A DNA stretch of 64,000 nucleotides, taken from Mobula hypostoma. Lineage: Eukaryota. The translations under genes and the position numbers were made by a program. Shown piece by piece: positions 45,310 through 55,374 of this stretch; position 1 is the stretch's first letter; each line of letters starts with the position of its first letter. Location of the stretch: assembly GCF_963921235.1 (NCBI RefSeq), contig NC_086107.1, positions 96,226,001-96,290,000 on the forward strand, written 5' to 3'. The notes beneath the pieces are model-generated. The model searched no databases. It was not told where the DNA came from and worked only from the letters and a program-made list of their open reading frames with translations.

Positions 45310-48300
45310 TTTTTTAAAATTTCAAAATATACTTTATTCAAAAATAAATATATACCATAAACCATTCAATAACTTTTCATCCTCTACATACGTTTCCATT
45401 ATAGTCAATACATATCCGTATTTATAGCCACCCACGTGGCACTCCAGTAGTTCAGCTTACCATATCATTGTTGAGGGGTATAGTCTCCGCCCTCCGACCC
45501 CTCCCACTCCCACGGGTGGAGAAACCTATACTGTAGTCCTTCCCCACCGGGCCCTTGCGGTGGCTGCACCGAGTTTCAGTGCGTCCCTCAGCACGTACTC
45601 CTGCAGCCGAGAATGTGCCAGTCGGCAGCATTCTCCCACGGACATCTCCATGTGCTGGTAGATCATCAAGTTTCGGGCCGACCAAAGAGCGTCTTTCACC
45701 GAGTTAATGATCTGCCAGCAGCACCGGATGTTTGTCTCTGTGTGCGTCCCCGGGAACAGCCCGTAGATCAGAGAGTCCTCTGTTACACAGCTGCTGGGGA
45801 TAAAACGTGATACTAGCCCGTCCATCCTCCTCCACACCCTCTTTGCGAACTGGCAGTGTGCAAAGAGGTGGGTCACAGACTCCTACTCACTGCAGTCCTC
45901 CCGTGGGCAGTGGGGTGCGGAGACGACGTTCTGGGCGTACAGGAGGGCTCTGAGTGGGAAGGCCCATCTCACTGCCAGCCAGGCGAGGTCTTGGTGCCTG
46001 TTGGTGAGATCTGGCGATGAGGCATTTTGCCAGATGAACTGGACAGTCTGCTCAGGAAACCACCCCACTGCGTCCATCAGGTCCTTCTCCTGCAATGCCT
46101 GCAGGACATTAAGTGCCGACCACTGCCTGATTGCCCTGTGGTCAAAGGCGTTCTCCTGGAAGAACTTTGCTACGTAGGGCAGGTATGCCGGCAACGACCA
46201 GCTGACTGGGGTGTTGCACGGGAGTGGGGCCAGACCCATCCTTCGTAGCCAGGGCGACAGGTAGAACCTGGGCACATAGTGGTACTTGATGCCCACATAC
46301 CTGGGTTCTCCACACAACCTGATGCAGCCACTTATGAAGCTGGCTATCAGGGTGAGGGCGACATTGGGGACGTTCTTGCCCCCGTTGTCCAGGGACTTCT
46401 GCATGACGGTCCGTCTCACCCGCTCCATCTTGGATCTCCAGACGAATCTGAAGGGAGCCCCGGTGATTTCCGAGCTGTAGGAGCGGGGGACAGGCCAGAC
46501 CTGCGCCAAGTACAGCAGCCCTGAGAGCACCTCACACCTGATGACCAGGTTCTTGCCCGTTATTGACAGGGGGCGCCCTCCCCACAGTCCCAGTTTCTGT
46601 ATTAACTTGGCAGTCCGTTACTGCCAGTTCTTGTTGATCGCCTCAGCCCCTCCGAACCAGATCCCCAACACCTTCACGTGGTCAGACCTGATGGTGAAGG
46701 GGATGCTGGATCGGTTGGGCCAGTTGCCGAAGAGCATGGCTTCGCTCTTCGTGCAGTTGACCCTGGCCCCCGACGCCAGTTTGAACTGTTCGCAGGTGCC
46801 AATCAACCTGCGAACTGACCTCGGATCAGAGCAGAAGACGGTGACGTCGTCCATGTACAGGGAGGTTTTCACTTGGGTCCCTCCACTGCCTGGCAGCATC
46901 ACCCCTCTTATGCCCTCATCCCTCCTGGTGTTTTCCGCAAAGGGTTCGATGCAGCAGACAAACAAGACAGGGGAGAGGGGACAGCCCTGCCTGACTCCCG
47001 ACCTGATGGAGAAGCTGTCTGTTTCCCATCCATTGACCTGGACTGCACTACGGATGTCTGTGTAGAGCAGTCTAATCCAATTCTGGATTCCCTCCCCAAA
47101 TCCCATTTTGGAAAGCACGTCCGCCATGTACGTGTGCGATATCCTGTCGAAGGCTTTCTCCTGGTCCAAGCTCACCAGGCAGGCATTCACCCCCCTGTCC
47201 TGCACGTAGGCGATGGTGTCCCTCAGCAGTGCGAGGCTGCCTGAGATCTTCCTGTCCGGTACAGCACAGGTTTGGTCCGGGTGAATCACCTGTCCCAGAG
47301 CAGACTTGACCCTGTTGGCGATAGCCTTGGACAGGATCTTGTAGTCCAGATTCAGGAGAGAGATGGGTCTCCAATTTCTAATGTCCTCCCTTTCCCCCTT
47401 CTGCTTGTAGATGAGGGTGATGATGCCCTTCCTCATGGACTCTGACATACTGCCGGCCAGAAGCATAGCATTGTACACTTCCAGCAGGTCTGGGCCCATC
47501 CAGTTCCACAGAGCCGAGTACAACTCAGCCGGTAAGCCGTCGCTTCCGGGAGTCCTACCCGACCCAAAGGAACGGATGGAGCCTGTCAGCTCGTCCAGGG
47601 TCAGTGGCTGATCCAGACTCTCCCGCTTGCCGTCATCTAAGACCTGCGTGATAGACGACAGGAAGTTGCGGGAGGCTGTGGATTCTGTGGCCTTTTCGTC
47701 GTACAGACCGGCATAGAAGGATCTGCAGATCCTCAGAATGTCGGTCTGCGAGGATGTGACTGAGCCATCCTCTTCCTTAAGGTTGTGGATCACAGAGCTC
47801 CCCCTGTGCACTTTTTGGAAGAAGAAGCGTGAGCACGTCTCGTCCTGCTCCACGATTTGGACCCTTGATCGAAAGATGATCTTGGAGGATTCGGGGGGAG
47901 GTGCTGGGCTTGCCGGCCCTTCACCTCTCGCAATTCCTCCCTGACATCCACCCGCTTCGACTGCAGAAGGAGAAGTTGCTGCAACTCTGTCTGTAGTTTA
48001 CGCAGTTTCCTCTGCTCCTGCCTTGCTTTCCGGATACCCTTGCAGATGAAGAACCTCCTAATGTTCTCCTTGGTGGCTTCCCACCAGTGAACCGGGGAAT
48101 CAAAGAAGGCTTTCAAGGTTCTCCAACCTATGGACTCTCTCTCTGTTCCTCGATGTTCTCTGGGTTCAGCAGCTTTACGTTCAGCTTCCAAGTCCCCCTG
48201 CCTGCCTTCTGGTCCTCCCATAAGTGTTAGGTGGCTCTCAGAAGGCAGTGGTCAGAGAAGAACACCAGCGTGACGTCGGTGGACCTGACTGTGAGGGACT

Positions 48301-50493
48301 CAAACAGGAAGAGGAAGTCGATCCGGGTGCGGGCTGAGCCGTCCGATCGTGTCCAGGTGGCTTGTGGCTGTGCTCCACCTGTTGGGGTGCCACAGGCGTC
48401 GCGCAGCTTGGCTGTCTTTACAGTTTCCATCAGGAGTCTGGAGGTACTGTCCAGCCTGCCGTCGGCGCTGCCGGGTCCTCCAGCCGCATCAATGGTGCAG
48501 TTGAATTCTCCGGCCAGAACGACCGGCTGGAGCGTCACAAGCAGCTGTGGGAGCTGCTCGAAGACGACCAGCCGCTCGCTCCACACGGGGGAGGCGTACA
48601 CGTTGATCAGCCGGAGCGGAGTGCCCCGGTATTTGACGTCTGCTACCAGGAGGCGCCCCGCAACCACCTCTTTAACTTGGGTGATTGAGAAGTTGCCTCC
48701 CCGCCGCAGAATCCCCAGCCGGAAGCGCGAGAATCGTTGCCCCCCGACCACACCGACAAACCTCTTTTCCACCACCGTGACCACCTCCGGTAGTTACAGA
48801 GGTGTGGCAGTCTGCACTCCTGGAGGAAGGTCACGTCGGCTTTTACAGTGCCCAGGTACTGGAGCGTGCTGACGCATCGCCTGGTACTCTTCAAACTTTG
48901 CACGTTGAAGCACGCCAATTTAAGGTCTGCCGCTTTGTAAGTCCTTTATTTCGGCTGCTCTCCGTCCTCTTCCTTCCAGTCCTGAGCCTTCCTTCCCACC
49001 GCCTTTGTGAAGTTTTCCACCTCCTGTGGGCTCAGGTACTGCTGGTAGTACTCCCCCGGGTGTGGTAGATCTGGTTCTGGGCCCGGGGGTTTGTTGACTT
49101 CCTGGGCTGCTTCCCCTTCAGGCTGCTGGGTGCCGGCCGTGGCTCTGCTCCCAGATTCCCGGAGCTGTGTGTGTCTGCTGCTCTCCGCCTCCTGTACCTG
49201 GGGGGGTGGCCAGCAGACTTTCTCCCCTCTCTCTCCTCCCCTTCGCCTGTTCTGCCAGCCGCTTCTTCCGCCGGGGCTGCTGGCCTCCCCCAACTCCTTC
49301 CTCCTCTGAAGAGGACAGGGTACCAGAGGCTGTGTGGTTCCCTGCCCTTTTCTTGCGTTGCTCCGCCTTCTGTCGCTTGGCCGATGCCTTTTGGGTCTTT
49401 TTGCGTTTCACGACCTTCCATTCCATTTCCACCTCAGCTCTTCCCTGCTCCATGGACTCCTGCTCGCCGTTTGCCTGGTCCTGGAGGGTCTGCAGCGGGG
49501 TGGCAGGTCTTGGGGTGGTTGCACCTTCCTCCCTGGTTTCGTTATCCGTCCTGTCGGGTGCCTCGTCTGCAGCGCTGGCGGGTACATCCGAAACTGCCTG
49601 GGCCCTTTCAGTGCCAGCACCTCCCCTGGTCGCCTGTGCGTAGATGCCCCCACGCCTGGGGCAGGCTCTGTACAGGTGGCCAGCATGTCAGCAAAGGTTG
49701 CAGGCCTTGGCCTGCGTGCAGTCTTTGGTCAGGTGGCCTTCGGTTTTATAGTACTTGCACATCACCACCCTGCACTGGGCTGCGATGTGCCCTGCCTTGC
49801 CGTAGTTTCAGCACAGCCTGGGTTGCCCCGTGTACACCATGTACCCTTGGTTCCCTCCGATGGCGAAGACGGAGGGGGTGGTGGATGACGCCACCGTTGG
49901 ATTCCAACCTCAGCTTCACCTTGACCTGCCGTTTGATGGTCCAGATTCCCAGTCCGTCCTTCACGTCTGCTGGTGTTCCTACGCTCTCCACATACCGAGC
50001 GAATAATGTAAGGACATCTACCACTGGCATGTGCAGGTTGAACATGTGCACCGTGATTGTCCGTTCCTGCTGGGTAGCCGTGGCAAAGAGGGCCTGTGCT
50101 TTCAACAGCGACAGCGGCACCTCTGTCCCCTTCAGCTGAAGCTGCTGGTACAGCTTCTGCCACCCTGCAGCCTGCCGGAAGGTGACATCGAAGAAACCTG
50201 CGAAATCCTGGATGCAGTAGATGTCGTCAGGCGTAAATCCACAGCATTCCATCAAGGCCTTCCGGATGAAGGTCTCCCGGGTGAAGCCAGTGCCCCTGTT
50301 CTGGTCTCGCACTGTCAACCTGACAGTGTTCTTGATACCCGAGCCTCGAGCCTCGAGCCGATGCACTGCTCGCTGCTGCCATCTTCTTCTTCCTCACTGC
50401 TGTCGTCGCTGGTATGGGGTGTTAGATTGGAGGCCAATCAGCATTAGGATCCACCCGTGCGTCAGCGCAAACTCTTCTCCTCCGTCTTCCGGT
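45310..50493 (-). mobile_element. Keno-type Tx1 copy K7 (decayed; 5'-most copy, joined to the U2 5' end)
   Basis: Stops at 45883 and 46618. The 5' half is distinct, with its own lesions such as a 7-bp duplication at ~50341-50359. Confidence 0.92.
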
Positions 50494-50545
50494 CTGGTAA
50501 GAATAGAAACTACACTTGATCTGAGCCAAAAGGCCGAGAAGCGAT
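50494..50545 (-). ncRNA. RNU2: U2 snRNA gene 5' end (nt 1-52)
   Basis: The minus strand reads ATCGCTTCTCGGCCTTTTGGCTCAGATCAAGTGTAGTTTCTATTCTTACCAG, 48/52 identical to vertebrate U2 nt 1-52. Confidence 0.93.
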
Positions 50546-51213
50546 GCAGGCATACGCTTGAGTCGGCTACATCCTGCCTAGCCTCTGGTGTTTAGATTGA
50601 AGCAGGAGGCCTGGCAAAGACCTTGCTGCCCTGGCCCGCTGGCAGCTCTCCCCTAGGTTGTCTGGGATGGGTGGGTGTGCTGGACAGCTGTTGCCTACCT
50701 GGTCCGTCATGAGTGCAACTTGTCAGAGGATATGTAAAGCTGCTAGTGATCCACCAATCATCTGGGAGGGGGGCCGTACTTATGGGCGCCTACATCACTG
50801 GCACACTGCCTACGTCAAGGCTGCCGGCTTGCTCGGCCGGCTCCCAAGTCGGTCTCAGAGGCTGGCTCAACTTGCACTGCTCTCCTGGTCGTGGGAGGCT
50901 GGTCACGCTGTCCTGCCTACACAAAAGTCTGCAGGGGGAGTGGGAGCAGGCCGCTCGGCCCTTGAAGGCTGTCCCTGCACTCGACGACGAGAGACGCCTT
51001 TCGACTTTGCGCGCCCTGGCTGGCGCATCCAGCTGAAACGTCTGCTTCCAGCTGAAAAGTGCAGCCATTCACACCTCTGTGCCTTTGTTTTGATGTGCAA
51101 TTACATTTGTTGAGTAGCTACGTTTTAGCCACAGAAGCTGTAGACTTTGCGTCTGCACAGGTTGTTATTGGACAGTGTCTTTCCCCCCTCCCCACCACTT
51201 TTTTTTACCAGGG

Positions 51214-51311
51214 TCTCTCTTTCTCTCACCCACACAGACAGACAGACAGACAGAGACACACACACACACACACGGAATGCTGAGTGATCTGCCAGGGTCT
51301 GTCTGTCTCTG

Positions 51312-51348
<37 letters not shown>

Positions 51349-51355
51349 CTCTCAC
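51214..51355. repeat. (GACA)n/(CA)n/(CTGTCT)n/(CT)n microsatellite cluster
   Basis: Visible tandem repeats. Confidence 0.8.
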
Positions 51356-51439
51356 TGACACCCACATCGACTGGTTCACCCTTCCGTTGCTCAATTACTC
51401 CCATACCAGATGGAGAAGCGACCTGTCAGGGTGCTCTTG

Positions 51440-51598
51440 TAAATACGCAGTTTAGAGCGGGTCAGGAGACCCTTGCTTTCCTCAATCTCCTTAGAAAGTA
51501 GAGACGCTGCTGTGCTGCCTTGCTCAGGGAGTTGATATTAAGGGACTAGGTGAGATGACCAGCTGCTCAAAGCATTTCATAATGGTTGATGTTAAGGC
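51440..51598 (-). mobile_element. Rex1/Babar-like LINE RT fragments
   Basis: The minus strand translates to ALTSTIMKCFE and AQQRLYFLRRLRKARVS, which are typical Rex/Babar ORF motifs. Confidence 0.55.
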
Positions 51599-51605
51599 AG
51601 GTTAC

Positions 51606-52026
51606 TGTCACCTTCTTTTGTCACTGTCCCGACTGTTAATTCCCCATTTTCTCCTAATTTCCTTTGATGCCAGCACACCTGGTTTTCATCAAGACCTGCA
51701 GCATAAAAACCCCGATTTTGCACCCACTAGCTGCCAGATCGTCAGTTTTGTCAGTGTGGTAATTAATGTTTCCTGGCTGCTTAGGACTGTGTGTTCTAAG
51801 TTCGACTCCATTTCTGAGGTGTACCTGTGTAACTCCGTCTCTCTGTGGCAAGAAAATTTTGTCTGCCACTTTCCTTTCTGCGCTCCATGTCAAGATAAGT
51901 TCTGCCTGCCTCCTGCTTTCCTGCACTCCCTCCTGTTTGCCGTTCAGTGCTCATGTCCGCGTCTGCATCCTAACTCAATCTCCGTGCCTGTGTCCTGCGT
52001 TTGGGTTCACCTCGTTCATTGCAACA
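51606..52026 (+). repeat. 5' LTR of sushi-like Gypsy 'Gy-A'
   Basis: TG...CA ends, TATA-like CATAAAA at ~51702, followed by GAATGACCTAGCCACC and the gag ATG (MDPAD) at 52043. Confidence 0.6.
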
Positions 52027-52199
52027 GAATGACCTAGCCACCATGGACCCAGCAGACACGAATACCCTTCAACAAACACTTGCTAGCCAGGGTTCCCTAC
52101 TGGGACAGCACCACCAACTCCTCCTGGAGGTCATGGAGAACCTCCGTTCCCTGTCTGCTCACGTCACGCAGATCGGTGACCAGGTGGACTCATTGTACT

Positions 52200-53043
52200 T
52201 GTGACGACAGACCAAATTATCAGAAGATTGATGCCGATAAGAGGACAATGGAGGAACATTCAGAAATGTTAATGAGAGACGAGAGGGATTAACGAAAAGG
52301 AGACACAGTTCTGAGTATTGTCAGAGACCGGTGGCTTTGAACCCTGAACTGTTTGAAGTTTGATGGACAGGCGATACCCCAGCAGGGGAATAAAAAGGGA
52401 CAGGTTCGCTAAGGCAACAGACACATGACTCCACGAGGTAACGAGACCCTGGAAGCGGTGTGCCCCCACAAGTTGGTGGGAGGTTTGGAGGTTTGGTCGC
52501 GGAACCAGCCATAGACGCACAGGGTGGAAAGGTATGGGTCGGCGGGAACCTGGTGTGTGTGTCCGCCCTTGCCTGGGTGCCAGGTTCACCGCAGAAGAAC
52601 GATCATATCTGGAACGGAGGGGTCACAGCCGGTGACCTCAGAAGACATTACAAAGGGCTCGCCCGAAAGCTAACTGCGAGGAATATCGAAGGTCTGTTTG
52701 GAATCCGTTTTGAATATTCATTCGCTTTCGCTCTCTCTTCTCCCTGCCCCAATGGCACAACAGCGATTACTGCGAACTGAACTGAACTAAATTGAACTGA
52801 ACTTTGCGTCAGTTGAAACTGATCATTTACCCCTAGACTGCGATAGAGCTTGATTGATCCCATTATCTTAGTTCTGTGTACATGTGTGTTTTATCATTGC
52901 TAAACTGTTGCATTTATATCCTTTTGATTAGAGTACTGTGTTGCTTATTTCTTTAATAAAACTTTCTTAGTTCCAGTAATCCAGACTCCAACTAAGTGGT
53001 CCATTTCTGCTGGTTTGGCAACCCAGTTACGGGGTACATAACA
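52200..53043 (+). repeat. 5' LTR of Gypsy 'Gy-B'
   Basis: TGTGACG...CATAACA ends, AATAAA at ~52955, followed by a decayed tRNA-Pro-like PBS (TAAGGTTCTCATCCGCGAT). Confidence 0.65.
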
Positions 53044-55374
53044 TAAGTAAGGTTCTCATCCGCGATTTTGAACGCTAAATTTGAGACGGGGTAAATTGAT
53101 TGGGTTAAAATTCCCGAAAGAAAGAAAAGGCAAACAGCAGAAATGGAGATTGAGGAATTTCTAAAGGCGCTGACCTCGGAGGCATTAGAGGATGCCAGGA
53201 AAGCGGAATGGGCAGCTGTGGCCAAACGGTTGAATCTTAAGGGGAAGTCGACAATAAGGAGAGAGGAGATACACAGAGCTATCATAGAGCATTATGTGTC
53301 TAAAGGTGTGTTTCCCCAAGGGGAGCTGGAGGCGATATCTATTGGAAAACCTGGTGGAGACGCAGTACAGGTGCAGTTTGAAAAATTGAGACTCGAGCAC
53401 GAGTTCCGGGTACGGCAGCTAGAACACGAAGAGAAACAGTTAGAACGACAATGAGAAGAGAGAGAGAGGCAGTTGGAGTGAGAAGAGAAACAGAGGGAAA
53501 GGGAATTCCAGCTGGAGAGGTTAAAAATAAGGGCAGAACAGGGGCCCATGCTGAACCAAGGTGAAGGGTTCAGGGCAACCCAGGAGGTTAGGCTGGTTCC
53601 CCCATTTGACGATACCGATGTGGATCAGTACTTTCTCCATTTCGAAAAAGTTGCTGCAAGTCAGGACTGGCCGAGGGATAAGTGGGCTGTTTTGCTTCAG
53701 AGTGTACTTAAAGGAAAAGCCCAACAAGCTTACTAGGCTTTGTCCGCAGAAGATGCCCAGAGGTATGAGGTGGTGAGAGAGGCCATCCTCAGGATTTATG
53801 AGTTGGTCCCGGAGGCATACCGGCAGAGGTTCCGGAATGCGAGGAAGCAGTGGGACTGCACATATTTAGAGTTTGCCCGTGAGATGCAGACATATTGTGA
53901 GCGTTGGTGCGCCTCGAAAGGGGTCAATGGGGATTATGACAGACTGCTACAGCTAATCCTGATTGAGCAGTTTAAAGGTTGTGTCCCTGAAGGTATGAGA
54001 CCCTACCTAGATGAGAAAGAGGCAGACACTTTAGCCGCAACTGCTAAGTTAGTGGATGAGTACGCGTTGACACATAAAACGAAGTTTGCCCCGAGTAAAG
54101 GCTACCAGAAGGGTAGTCAGGATGGCGGGGGGAGTCCGCCAGAAAAGTCAGAAAGTAAGCCGGGGACTAGTGAGAAGGATAAGGTAGACCGGGAGCAGTT
54201 TGGTAGAAAGTCTCCTGGGGTCGTATGTTATAATTGTGGGAAAGTGGGACACTTTGCGTCCAGGTGCTTTGCCCCAAAGAAGGAGACGGGAAAGGGAAAG
54301 GCGGCGTTTCCGACTGGCTGTATTGAGCTGGTAAGCAAACCGCTAGGAGAGGAGAGGGCTAACAACGTTCAGGAAGGGCGCGAGAGGTTTATCTCGACCG
54401 GATTGGTGTCGGTGAAGGAGGGGTTAAATCCAGTTCCAGTGTGGATCTGGAGAGACCCGGGAGCGTGTCAGTCATTGATATTAAAGGGTGTGTTAGACTT
54501 TAGTTCAGAGACCGAGACTGGGAAAGTCAGGGTCATAAAAGGCATTGGGAAAGGGACTGAGGCAGTACCTCTGCACCAGATACACCTAAAAAGCAACTTG
54601 GTCTCTGGACCGGTCACGATCGGGGTGAGGCCTGAACTACCGATGAAAGGTGTAGAAGTCTTACTCGGTAATGACCTCGCCGGTGGAAATGTGTTCTCAG
54701 CAGTAAAACTGACAGGCCAGCCTGCCAGCATTGAGGCCCCGCCCATGGACTCACAGGTTTATCCCGTTTGCGCAGTGACTTGGTGTGTGTCCAGAAAGGC
54801 TGCCGAAGTAAATTTAGCTGAGACGTTTCTACCAGCCTTGTACCAGGGGGAGGTAGAAAGTGAAAAGAAGGCGCGTAGTGAAACAAGAGAAAGTGAAGTT
54901 GTTGAGGCTGACTCAGCATTAGCAAGGAAGGACTCTGTACAGACACAGGAGCGAGACGAGGAGCTGATGGTTTCGGCGGGGACAGCTCTCTCTGAAGCAG
55001 AATTAAAAAGGGAGCCAGTAGGCTATTGTGTGGAGGAGGGAGTGCTAAGGAAGAAAGGGAGACCAAGTATCGTGCCCGCAGATGAGGAATGGGGGATGGT
55101 GCCAAAAATTTATGGGAATGAGATTCTTAACCTGGCCCACAAGATACTCCTCGGTGGACATTTTGGGGGGAGGAAAGCAGTCGGCGGAATCATGAAAGAG
55201 TTTTACTGGCTGCACAGGAGGAAGGATGTAACTGACTATTGTAGACGTGAGTTAACACAGTTAGAGGCGATTAACATGTTAGAAGCTCACCACGATCAGA
55301 AAACAGATCCAGCTGGTGATATCATGAAAATTAATGAGGCTAGGGTGCCACCTGATAAGGGGAAAACCCATTTT

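Noticed and set aside
24670..50493. CRISPR-like or LTR interpretation of the repeated 14-mers and 5.16-kb units
   Set aside because: The short repeats are U2 target duplications and the long units are poly(A)-tailed LINE copies. There are no cas genes or LTRs.
50583..50611. snRNA PSE upstream of the U2 5' end
   Set aside because: TCAATCTAAACACCAGAG is near the expected position but matches the vertebrate PSE consensus too weakly to call.
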